From a virus, in IMG/VR virus record IMGVR_UViG_3300030107_001040, positions 37,656 to 101,655 of that record: DNA of 64,000 nt, one strand, 5' to 3'. Shown here in pieces: positions 10,487-18,684 of this stretch. The notes beneath the pieces are model-generated. The model searched no databases. It had not been told where the DNA came from and was given only the letters and a program-made list of their open reading frames with translations. The position numbers were made by a program, and so were the translations under genes. The number at the start of each line of letters is the position of its first letter. The stretch's first letter is position 1.

Positions 10487-10511
10487 ACCGTAAGGAGTTT
10501 AAATATCATCC

Positions 10512-11141
10512 ATGTCTCAAATTAATGCGGGGACTCTAAACGTCACCACGACAACTTATGCAGATAGCACTTCACAAACAAGTGGTTCTATTTCTGGTTT
10601 AATTACTGGATCTCCTTCTAATGGTGACTCAGTTCAGTACAATGGATCCGCATGGGTTCCTGCTGCTGTATCAGGAGCACCAGTTGGTGCTATTTTTGCT
10701 TATGCAAAGAACACACCGCCAACTGGATTTTTGAAGTGCAATGGTGCATCAATTAGCACCTCTACATATTCTGCTTTACATACAGTTATAGGTACCACTT
10801 TTGGTGGATCAGGTAGTAACTTTAATGTTCCTGATCTTAGAGGGGAGTTTATCAGAGGATGGGATGATGGTAGAAATGTGGACAACGGAAGAAATTTTGG
10901 ATCCACTCAGGGTGATATGGTAGAGGAGCATAGGCACTGGATCTCATCTATGGCAACTGACGACAGAAACATCACTGGTACTGGTGGTAACGGTCAGGAA
11001 TATGGTTTAGTATCTGACGCTGGTGGTTACTCTGCAAATGACCCTAATAAGTCAACTGGTCGTTATACGAGGAATGACCCTAGCGGTAATGGAGAAACTC
11101 GTCCTCGTAATTTAGCACTCATGTATATAATCAAGTATTAA
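10512..11141 (+). CDS. Tail collar domain protein (short tail fibre)
   Basis: 'PVGAIFAYA..TPPTGFLKCNG....STYSAL..VIGTTFG....FNVPDLRGEFIRGWD...ETRPRNLALMYIIKY'. Confidence 0.9.
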   Translation: MSQINAGTLNVTTTTYADSTSQTSGSISGLITGSPSNGDSVQYNGSAWVPAAVSGAPVGAIFAYAKNTPPTGFLKCNGASISTSTYSALHTVIGTTFGGSGSNFNVPDLRGEFIRGWDDGRNVDNGRNFGSTQGDMVEEHRHWISSMATDDRNITGTGGNGQEYGLVSDAGGYSANDPNKSTGRYTRNDPSGNGETRPRNLALMYIIKY

Positions 11142-11143
11142 TC

Positions 11144-11605
11144 ATGGCATCAGGAAATTTAGACATATTAGTTTATCACTATGACCCAGTGAGTTACATC
11201 TATCAGGAACTATGGGAACCTGCGGATGAGTCTCCATTGGAACCTGGTAAATATTTGGTTCCAGCATTTGCTACTACAGTATGTCCACCACCTATAGAAG
11301 AGGGTTGGCAAGCAAAATGGATTGGTGACCACTGGGAACTCTCAGAAAAAAGATTAGAAGATGATCCAACAGTAACAAATGTAACCTATCCTTTTGAGGA
11401 TATTACACCTGAGAGACAGTTAAGAGAAACAAGAAGAGGTAAGTTAAGATCTAGTGATTGGACACAACTTCCAGATGTACCTTTAGATGCTAAACAAAAA
11501 GAAGCATGGGGTAAATATCGTCAGGAATTAAGAGATCTTCCTTCTCAACAAACAGCAGAAGATATTGAACTAACTAATATTGTTTGGCCAAATCCACCCA
11601 CATAA
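11144..11605 (+). CDS. Tail fibre assembly chaperone
   Basis: 'SPLEPG.YLVPAFAT...PP' and 'LR..R...L..SDWTQLPDVP....AW..YRQELRDLP...WP..P'. Confidence 0.85.
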   Translation: MASGNLDILVYHYDPVSYIYQELWEPADESPLEPGKYLVPAFATTVCPPPIEEGWQAKWIGDHWELSEKRLEDDPTVTNVTYPFEDITPERQLRETRRGKLRSSDWTQLPDVPLDAKQKEAWGKYRQELRDLPSQQTAEDIELTNIVWPNPPT

Positions 11606-12148
11606 ATGTATTTTTTTCGTTATTGGATCAACGATCCACTCCTTGAAAAAATTAAAGAAGAAGTCAATGAAGCAAAGGATACTTATGATTCTCTAGTTAG
11701 TAAAGAGAAGCATAATATCAGCACTTGTGGTAGTAAACAATATGATTTGAGTCCGAAGGTTGCTTCAGATAAATTAGTTCAGACTAACAAGACTTTAAAA
11801 GAAATAATAAAAGACTCTTTAGATAAAGAGGTATTCTACAAAACCGCTTGGAGTGTTATAGGCACAAAGGGCGGTTATCATACTGTACATAATCATAATA
11901 ATTATGTTAATGGTGCATTTGGTCAGACTACTGATAAAGATATATGCACTGTATTATATTTGGATGTTGAACCAGAAGAGAGACCTTGGGAACAAGGCAC
12001 ATTTTTCTATTGGAAGGATAACACCTTCCATGAGGTAGAACCTAAGTCAGGAGATCTATTGGTATTTCCTGCCGATCTATATCATGGAACCTATCCTCAA
12101 TCAGCAGAGACTAGATGGACATTGAACATTGACTTTGGAATAAAATGA
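11606..12148 (+). CDS. Putative 2OG-Fe(II) oxygenase
   Basis: 'YHTVHNH...TVLY...GDLLVFPADLYHGTYP...RWTLNID'. Confidence 0.75.
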   Translation: MYFFRYWINDPLLEKIKEEVNEAKDTYDSLVSKEKHNISTCGSKQYDLSPKVASDKLVQTNKTLKEIIKDSLDKEVFYKTAWSVIGTKGGYHTVHNHNNYVNGAFGQTTDKDICTVLYLDVEPEERPWEQGTFFYWKDNTFHEVEPKSGDLLVFPADLYHGTYPQSAETRWTLNIDFGIK

Positions 12149-12696
12149 AACCTATATTTTATAATGACTTCTACTTCCAATACAGGATGCCTTTCTTTGA
12201 TAAGTTATTGGAAGCAATACCAGAAGATAATTTTGATGAGAATTTTACATGGGGTGATCTCTGTAAGATAAACAGAGTATCCTTAGATGCTGAGGACTAT
12301 AGAGATCTATTACTTCAACCATTACATCAATTAGGTTCACAGTTAGGGATTGACTTTGATGCTCAGATACTACACCCTTGGATGAATGTATATGGTGAGG
12401 GAGATTTCCAAGAGGTTCACTACCATGACGACTGTGACATAGCGTCAGTTATATTTCTAAATGATGGTCCAGATTTTGCTAAGTTCTATTTCTGGGATTC
12501 AAATCACACAGCATTTACAAAACCTTGGATTAAGATAATCACTAAGATGAAGATGAGTAACATATACTATCCTGAAGTCAAAGCAGGTGATATAATAATG
12601 TTCCCATCTCATACCTATCATGGTGTTACGCCACATAAATCAAAAGAGAAGAGAAGGACTCTTAGTTTTAATACGGTGATTACGAATGTCAACTGA
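12145..12696 (+). CDS. Putative 2OG-Fe(II) oxygenase (TIGR02466-like)
   Basis: 'WMNVY..GDFQEVHYH...GDIIMFPSHTYHGV...RRTLSFN'. Confidence 0.8.
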   Translation: MKPIFYNDFYFQYRMPFFDKLLEAIPEDNFDENFTWGDLCKINRVSLDAEDYRDLLLQPLHQLGSQLGIDFDAQILHPWMNVYGEGDFQEVHYHDDCDIASVIFLNDGPDFAKFYFWDSNHTAFTKPWIKIITKMKMSNIYYPEVKAGDIIMFPSHTYHGVTPHKSKEKRRTLSFNTVITNVN

Positions 12697-13228
12697 AGTT
12701 CATGTAATACCAGACTTCCTCTCCAAAGAGGAGTGTGAGTGGTTCTCTGCATTCCATAAGGTTATGTGGAGGTATCATGGTGTGACATTCTCTGATCGTA
12801 AGATCCTTAACGTTAATCAAATGATTGATTATCTAGCAGATGAGAAGGCATACAACAGCACTGATCCATTAAAGAAAATATTAGCAGATATTGCTTGTAA
12901 TATTCGTAAGTATGATGAGAGAGCATATCCAAACTATAGTCACATAACTGGGTGGGTAGCACCCATAAGACAACCAATGCACTTTGATTTTCCACAACAC
13001 GCATGGACATCTATAATCTATTTGAATGAGGATTTTGTAGGTGGTTCAACTATAATAGAAGATCAGAACATACAACCAGAGCAAGGCATGATGGTCTTGT
13101 TTGAGGGTTGTAAGTTGAATCATGGTGTAGAAAATGTAACGCATGGTACTAGATATACTATCTCTACGTGGTATAAGAGTTTCATGGAGGACAACCAGTC
13201 CTACCTTTATCAGATTCAGAACAAGTGA
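12686..13228 (+). CDS. 2OG-Fe(II) oxygenase (prolyl 4-hydroxylase-like)
   Basis: 'PDFLSKEEC', 'HFD', 'IIYLNEDFVGG', 'HGVENV..GTRYTISTW'. Confidence 0.85.
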   Translation: MSTEVHVIPDFLSKEECEWFSAFHKVMWRYHGVTFSDRKILNVNQMIDYLADEKAYNSTDPLKKILADIACNIRKYDERAYPNYSHITGWVAPIRQPMHFDFPQHAWTSIIYLNEDFVGGSTIIEDQNIQPEQGMMVLFEGCKLNHGVENVTHGTRYTISTWYKSFMEDNQSYLYQIQNK

Positions 13229-13836
13229 TAATAGATCTATTCCCTACTTCAGTATATGTTGATGAGTTTAGTCTCACTGATACTGAGAGGGATTTTTTAT
13301 TGTCTGTTCCCCTTAATAGAAATGATGATGACGTAGCGTCAGTCAGTTCTACTAGATTGAATGAAGAGGAGGGATACCAGAGTTTTTTAAGGAAGGTTGA
13401 CCAGCATGTGTACGAGTATGCTTTTAATATAATGAAGTTGGATCCTCAGTATGGTTTAAAATGTCATGGTGCATGGGTCAATAGGAATGATACAGGAGAT
13501 AGAACAAACCCACATCACCACTCTAACTCATTGATTAGTGGTGTGTATTATATTGATGTAGAGGCAGAGTCACAAGGAGCAATAGACTTTACTGATGAGA
13601 AATGTGGTCCATTTGGTAAGTTCTTTACTCTTCTCAAGTATACTGAGCAGGAGATCAGGAACTCTCACATATCTCAGATCAAGGTTAAAAATGGTATGAT
13701 CCTGCTGTTCCCATCTATCTTGAAGCATGGTGTGGCAATGAATAGATCTCTGACTCCACGTTACACAACAGCGTTTGATTATATGATTGAAGGTCAGGTC
13801 AGTGGGTGGGTTAATAGAATGGACGTGACACTTTAA
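13225..13836 (+). CDS. Putative 2OG-Fe(II) oxygenase (TIGR02466-like)
   Basis: 'LFPTSVY...WVN...HHHSNSLISGVYY...LFPSILKHGV...RYTTAFD'. Confidence 0.85.
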   Translation: MIIDLFPTSVYVDEFSLTDTERDFLLSVPLNRNDDDVASVSSTRLNEEEGYQSFLRKVDQHVYEYAFNIMKLDPQYGLKCHGAWVNRNDTGDRTNPHHHSNSLISGVYYIDVEAESQGAIDFTDEKCGPFGKFFTLLKYTEQEIRNSHISQIKVKNGMILLFPSILKHGVAMNRSLTPRYTTAFDYMIEGQVSGWVNRMDVTL

Positions 13837-13876
13837 CGACTGTCCAATGGTCAATGTACTTAATCTGTGCTATAGT
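13825..13876 (+). promoter_or_regulatory. Early promoter: dyad plus extended -10 (copy 1)
   Basis: GTGACA-N10-TGTCCA followed by TGcTATAGT. Confidence 0.55.
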
Positions 13877-13910
13877 TGACAGGTATTGAAACAGGAGCAA
13901 TTTTTGAACA

Positions 13911-14180
13911 GTGCCACAATTTACATTAGTTGCCGTTGACGAGGACGGTGTATGCACAACCTCTAAAGAATTTGAAACCGTATTTTTAAATGATGCAGTT
14001 GAATACTATGGTGATTTTCTTCGTGGTGTGGGATATGAGTTTGATGAACTCAGTGTCTCTGCATCTATTGGAGAAGTTCCTGAAGAGGAAATCAACATTG
14101 TCAAATCTGATAATGGTCCAGCATTAAAAGCGAAGGACTCTGCATACGTTGAACAGTATCGTCAAAACGGTGCTGATTGA
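13911..14180 (+). CDS. Hypothetical protein
   Basis: 89-aa ORF downstream of the promoter; 'F..V.L...VE...DFLRGVGY.F' pattern typical of small cyanophage genes. Confidence 0.65.
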   Translation: MPQFTLVAVDEDGVCTTSKEFETVFLNDAVEYYGDFLRGVGYEFDELSVSASIGEVPEEEINIVKSDNGPALKAKDSAYVEQYRQNGAD

Positions 14181-14197
14181 TACCGAACACTGGGTTC

Positions 14198-14226
14198 TTG
14201 ACATTAAGAGAACCTTGTGTTACTAT
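14198..14226 (+). promoter_or_regulatory. Sigma70-type promoter
   Basis: TTGACA-17 nt-TACTAT. Confidence 0.7.
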
Positions 14227-14264
14227 ATAAAAATGTAGTTCAGTTTTTTCTACAAGACATACAC

Positions 14265-14462
14265 ATGGGCAAGACATTCAGGCGAGGTGGTAGCGAACAA
14301 GGTTACTACTATGGCGGAAAATCCCTTCGTGACAAGAGGCAAAAAGGTACCAATCGTTCTTCATTCAGAGAGGAGTCTTATGACTACGATAGATCCAAAA
14401 AAGGTAACAACAAGTCCAGAGACCAGCGAACCTATGATGAATTTGAAGGAGGAGTTACGTGA
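14265..14462 (+). CDS. Small basic hypothetical protein
   Basis: In-frame ATG (MGKTFRRGG...) downstream of the promoter; preferred over the TTG start at 14217. Confidence 0.55.
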   Translation: MGKTFRRGGSEQGYYYGGKSLRDKRQKGTNRSSFREESYDYDRSKKGNNKSRDQRTYDEFEGGVT

Positions 14463-14534
14463 AGATTATGATGAGATTGAGTACGATGATGGATCGTATG
14501 CTGACATAGAAATAGACTACACAACACAATATTA

Positions 14535-14735
14535 ATGCCAAGTAAAGATCAGAGAACAATAGATGACAATGAGTCCAAAGACCAGAAATGGAACCGAGGA
14601 CTTGATTTGTACATTGAATCTATTCATAAAGCAGACCACTCTTTGCGTGGATGCGCTCACAATCAGAAATGTTACGTTGAATTGATGGAAGTTCGTGATA
14701 ATATATTAGAGTATGCCAAGACCCTACGGAGATGA
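14535..14735 (+). CDS. Hypothetical protein
   Basis: 66-aa ORF with coupled start/stop; 'WNRGLDLYIES..K.D..LR.CAHNQ.C..ELM.VR'. Confidence 0.7.
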   Translation: MPSKDQRTIDDNESKDQKWNRGLDLYIESIHKADHSLRGCAHNQKCYVELMEVRDNILEYAKTLRR

Positions 14736-14935
14736 TTGGAATCCACTCTGCTATATTGACAAGACAACAAAAACTGATAGTGAAGGATGCGCTGATAACT
14801 TACGTCTGTCAACTACAGAAGCAATTCTTTAGAGACAACGATATTCCTTTTGATGAATACACACAGCGTATGCAGGAAATTGACGACATCACTGACAAAT
14901 TACATTTGAAGGAACTCTACAAATATGACTATTGA
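14732..14935 (+). CDS. Hypothetical protein
   Basis: ATGA overlap with the upstream gene. Confidence 0.6.
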   Translation: MIGIHSAILTRQQKLIVKDALITYVCQLQKQFFRDNDIPFDEYTQRMQEIDDITDKLHLKELYKYDY

Positions 14936-15572
14936 AATGTTCTGTCCTCGTTGGTATTATTGTGGGTCAGTCCCAGAAGATAACCAACAAGAGATAAAAG
15001 AACTCTTTGAGGAATTTTTATCTATTGATAAGAATTTCATTAATCCTGATGATTTGAATGGAGAGTTACTCACTTCATACGGTTTACCTACAAATCAGAC
15101 AGCACCTTGGACTGACTGGTTAGGGTTGATTAAACCTTGCTTGACTGAAATGGTTGAGCAGTTGAAACCTAAGTTAGATATTGAGATAGTACCGCAAGAA
15201 GCATGGTGTAATAGGTATGATAAAGGACATTATCAGGAGTATCACTGCCACTCTGTTCAGCACTGCAACCTAGCAGCAGTATACTTTTTTAAATTAGAAG
15301 AGGATAAGTGTCCTTACTTCAAATTCTATAATAATCAACACGCACAATATAAGATGAGTGGGTTGGCAGATACGTTTGAGATACCAACGGATGCTACTGT
15401 TACGCCAAGAGTTAGTGAAGGTGATCTAATAGTATTCCCTGCTCACTATCCTCATTTGGTATCACCTAATAAAAATGGAAGTGAAAGGATAACGTTTAGT
15501 GCTAATTTTGATGTTGTACCAGCGAAGAGAGTGTCACATGGCAGCACTGGAAAGGACATGGATCTATTATAA
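14925..15572 (+). CDS. Putative 2OG-Fe(II) oxygenase (TIGR02466-like)
   Basis: 'AWCNRY.KGHYQEYHCH...EGDLIVFPAHYPHLV...RITFSANF'. Confidence 0.82.
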   Translation: MTIEMFCPRWYYCGSVPEDNQQEIKELFEEFLSIDKNFINPDDLNGELLTSYGLPTNQTAPWTDWLGLIKPCLTEMVEQLKPKLDIEIVPQEAWCNRYDKGHYQEYHCHSVQHCNLAAVYFFKLEEDKCPYFKFYNNQHAQYKMSGLADTFEIPTDATVTPRVSEGDLIVFPAHYPHLVSPNKNGSERITFSANFDVVPAKRVSHGSTGKDMDLL

Positions 15573-15573
15573 T
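15516..15573 (+). promoter_or_regulatory. Early promoter: dyad plus -10 (copy 2)
   Basis: GTACCA-N10-TGTCAC; TATAAT at 15568. Confidence 0.6.
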
Positions 15574-15595
15574 TGATTCATGTAACGGAGTCTCC

Positions 15596-16075
15596 ATGAC
15601 TTTAGAATTTAACAAGGTATACTCATTTAAGGTTGAGCACCTATTCCATCCTCAGTGTCCTAAGAATTACGTCAATTCTATGGTCAAGAAGATACAGACA
15701 GATGCTAGGACATCATCTCCTATCATCACTTCATTTGTATCAGAGCAGTGGTTCTGTGGTCTTGAGTATGTTGATGAGAAGTATCGTGACTTCGTTGGTG
15801 GTGGTTATAATATAGAGAAGAAGATGTTTGGTAGATACGGTTCTAAGTTCTGTCCTTCCTACATGGTAGGATCAGGTAGAACTATTGATCCTGAGAAGTC
15901 ACTTAAGATATGCAAGGATAATGAGTTGGTTTACTTGCTTGCTGATGCTAACGAGTTTCCTAATGTGTATCTCACATTCGTTGATGGTATTGAGTTGCAT
16001 AAGCGTCACGCTTCATGTTCTATAGGTTACAGTAACAAGTGGAGACAATTTTATTTTAATCGTGATGTTGTATAA
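15596..16075 (+). CDS. Putative restriction-endonuclease-like protein
   Basis: Possible D...ExK catalytic motif ('YRDFVGGGYNIEKK'); overlaps the start of a methyltransferase. Confidence 0.4.
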   Translation: MTLEFNKVYSFKVEHLFHPQCPKNYVNSMVKKIQTDARTSSPIITSFVSEQWFCGLEYVDEKYRDFVGGGYNIEKKMFGRYGSKFCPSYMVGSGRTIDPEKSLKICKDNELVYLLADANEFPNVYLTFVDGIELHKRHASCSIGYSNKWRQFYFNRDVV

Positions 16076-16850
16076 CGAGGACTGCTTAACTGGGATGAGT
16101 AAACTTGATGATAGGTCAGTTGATGCTATCGTCACATCCCCACCATATAACCTTAATATCAAATACAGCAAGTATGAGGACAAGAAACCGAGAGATCAAT
16201 ATATCAGTTGGTTGCAGGATATATTTACTGAGTGTAAGAGAGTATTAAAGGATAATGGTCACTTGTTCGTTAATATGGGGTATTCAAATATTGATCCTTG
16301 GGTAGGTATTGAGGTGGGTATGTCACTCAGGAACACATGGCACCTACAGAATCATATTGCATGGGTCAAATCAATCCATGTCAATAATAAGACAAGTGGT
16401 CATTTTAAACCTATCAACAGTAAGAGGTATTTGTGTCCTACATGGGAGCATCTATTCCATTTGACTAAGAGTGGTGATGTGGAAATTGATAGACTGTCTG
16501 TTGGTGTCCCTTACGAATACTATGAAGCGAATATTCGTGGTAAGAATACAAAGGAGAATAAACCTAACCTAAGAGACAAGGGTAACAGTTGGTTTATACC
16601 TTATGAGACTGTGAACAGTAAAGATTTACGTGGTAAGCATCCTGCTACCTTCCCAGTTAAATTAGTTGAGGACTGTATTAAGATGACTGGTATTACTTCT
16701 GGTATAGTATTAGATCCTTTCATGGGAACTGGTACTACTGGACTAGCAGCACTCAACCTTGGATGGGATTATATTGGATATGAGATAGATGAGGATTATA
16801 TTAAGTTTTCCTTAAGAAGACTAGATCAAGGGTTATTATCCATATTATAA
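16062..16850 (+). CDS. DNA methyltransferase, N4C/N6A beta class
   Basis: 'TSPPY' motif IV precedes 'HPATFP' and 'VLDPFMGTGTTG' motif I. Confidence 0.93.
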   Translation: MMLYNEDCLTGMSKLDDRSVDAIVTSPPYNLNIKYSKYEDKKPRDQYISWLQDIFTECKRVLKDNGHLFVNMGYSNIDPWVGIEVGMSLRNTWHLQNHIAWVKSIHVNNKTSGHFKPINSKRYLCPTWEHLFHLTKSGDVEIDRLSVGVPYEYYEANIRGKNTKENKPNLRDKGNSWFIPYETVNSKDLRGKHPATFPVKLVEDCIKMTGITSGIVLDPFMGTGTTGLAALNLGWDYIGYEIDEDYIKFSLRRLDQGLLSIL

Positions 16851-16935
16851 TGGATATATAATCTGTATAACGAAATTGATGGAAGATACACCAATCGGAA
16901 GTTAGTTTCAAACTCACAAAATTAGAGGAAAAATT

Positions 16936-18054
16936 ATGACGCTTCAGTTGGAAGTTGGGGTATGGTATGTGTTACCAGGAATCCCAAATGTAGAAATAGG
17001 TTTACTACCTACGAAAGAATTTTTAGATCTCCCTGAGTGGATAACTCAGCGTAATACGGAGAACAGACTTAAGAAGAAAGGTGTGATAGATCACCTAAGA
17101 AAAGTATTCCCCACTCATCATATTGTAGCAGTTGGAGAGATAACAGCACAAGATGAATGGGAAGATGGAACGATATATGAGGAAGGATCAAGTTGGAGAC
17201 TTGATGCCAATACAAGAGCGAAGGTGTGGGATAGAGGTTTATCTGATACTACACCAGAAGTAGTACTAGCGATTAAGTATAAAGGTAAAACACTAAAGGA
17301 TCTTAGGAGTATTTACTGGGCGTTTGATAACCCAACAGCAGCAGAGATAGCAGCAGAAGTGGTTACTGGATGTCTTAAGTCTCTTGGCATAGAGTTACAG
17401 ACTAAGAAGTTTCAAGATGGTCAGTTTGTAACAGCACTATCATATACTTGCAAGTATAATGCACCTGAAGTATATGGTGAGAAGGGTTTATGGTCAGAAC
17501 CATCTGACGACTCAGTTACTATAAGTGACTACAAGAGAACTCAGACTCTTCATGCTGTTAGAGATTACTCTGAGACTATCGTGGCAGTTGATGAACTGTT
17601 ATCTAAGACTGGTATCATATCAGACTTTGACCAGACCTTCATCACAGCATTATTTTTGTTTCATAGACAGTACGGTGTCTTTGATGACCACGTGACTGAC
17701 TTATGCTTAAACCTTACAGGCAGATTAAAGGATGAGGATGGCGAGCAGTTATTGATAGCAACTGCCCCTAACGCTGGTGCTAAGTTGAATGCAGCAGGGT
17801 GGATAAAGAGAGAGAACGACAAGACCTACGAGAAGTATGACAAGCAAGTGGTCATCAAAGATCGTGGTAAAATGGATGGATTTGCTCAGGGTGTTCCCTT
17901 CTTCTGCTACTGGTTGACCATAGCATCACAGAATGGATTCAAGCACAGACAAAATCAAGGAGCAAAGGGAGGATATACTAACTGGTTTAATGAGGTCTTT
18001 CTAAAGACCAATAGGAAAGCACTGGTAGAAAAACTAGAAAAACTGGTCAGTTGA
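16936..18054 (+). CDS. Hypothetical protein, possible ParB/Srx-like N-terminal domain
   Basis: 'TQRNT', 'RLDANTR' (degenerate DGxHR) and 'YWAFDN'; SD GAGGA. Confidence 0.5.
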   Translation: MTLQLEVGVWYVLPGIPNVEIGLLPTKEFLDLPEWITQRNTENRLKKKGVIDHLRKVFPTHHIVAVGEITAQDEWEDGTIYEEGSSWRLDANTRAKVWDRGLSDTTPEVVLAIKYKGKTLKDLRSIYWAFDNPTAAEIAAEVVTGCLKSLGIELQTKKFQDGQFVTALSYTCKYNAPEVYGEKGLWSEPSDDSVTISDYKRTQTLHAVRDYSETIVAVDELLSKTGIISDFDQTFITALFLFHRQYGVFDDHVTDLCLNLTGRLKDEDGEQLLIATAPNAGAKLNAAGWIKRENDKTYEKYDKQVVIKDRGKMDGFAQGVPFFCYWLTIASQNGFKHRQNQGAKGGYTNWFNEVFLKTNRKALVEKLEKLVS

Positions 18055-18108
18055 GATAGTGGCACATACTTCCACACAGAATGCTCTGAGTGGTATACCA
18101 TATAAATA
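18044..18108 (+). promoter_or_regulatory. Early promoter (dyad copy 3) overlapping a late promoter
   Basis: TGGTCA-N10-TGGCAC; TACCAT at 18096; TATAAATA at 18101-18108. Confidence 0.6.
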
Positions 18109-18109
18109 T

Positions 18110-18260
18110 GGGAAACAAAGGAGGTTTCTTTCTAGTCTGACAAGTAGGGTTCAATCATTTTGAATACGGAATACCAGCAATGGTACACTTCTTATATGAT
18201 TACTACAAGAAGCAGACACATGACGAAAGAGTAATGCACCGCCCCCTCTTTTTGTTTCTC
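18110..18260 (+). ncRNA. Candidate structured ncRNA 1
   Basis: 15-bp 5'/3' closing stem, an inner stem, three hairpins (one with a GCAA tetraloop) and loop-loop complementarity; no long ORF. Confidence 0.65.
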
Positions 18261-18354
18261 TCACCTTATCACATACGAGGAGATGGATGTGCCTCTCGGT
18301 TCGCAACCGAAGAAAGAACTAACATCCGCTAGCAATTTAAGGAGGTTACACGAG

Positions 18355-18540
18355 TTGAAATTCTTCTCAACCAAAACCCAAATTTATGGGATCAAGAAGG
18401 CACTTAAAGCAGCAGAGAAAGATCCCTTCCTGTATAAGGATGAGGAGTTAATCAAATTGAAAACTTCTCTTCGCAAACTACGTGAAGAAGAAGAACTCAC
18501 CAGACAAGCACAAAATGGAGGATTTGGTTACAATGTCTAA
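18355..18540 (+). CDS. Small coiled-coil hypothetical protein
   Basis: TTG start with SD AAGGAGG; in frame with ORF 18283..18540, which gives an alternative start. Confidence 0.6.
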   Translation: MKFFSTKTQIYGIKKALKAAEKDPFLYKDEELIKLKTSLRKLREEEELTRQAQNGGFGYNV

Positions 18541-18684
18541 ACCCATCAAAGTGGACTACGATTCTCAATTTGACTTATGTCAAGAGCAAGAGGATGAGTG
18601 GGTCTCTGACATCCTAGGAGGTGTCAAATGCTATGTTGATGAGGATGAAGTCAACTGCAAAACTTGGAAACCTGACTATTAACC

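Noticed and set aside
8077-15572. TET/JBP base-oxidising dioxygenases
   Set aside because: Motifs fit prolyl-hydroxylase-like and TIGR02466-like families, and there is no adjacent C5-cytosine methylase.
18110-18260. Retron msr/msd, tRNA or hammerhead ribozyme identity for RNA 1 (and RNA 2)
   Set aside because: No reverse transcriptase nearby, no cloverleaf with a T-loop consensus, and no CUGANGA/GAAA core in the proper arrangement.
18277-18327. Fluoride (crcB) riboswitch
   Set aside because: The 5' GGAGAUGG and pseudoknot look similar, but the conserved 3' UGAUG..CUAC element is missing and the downstream gene is unrelated.
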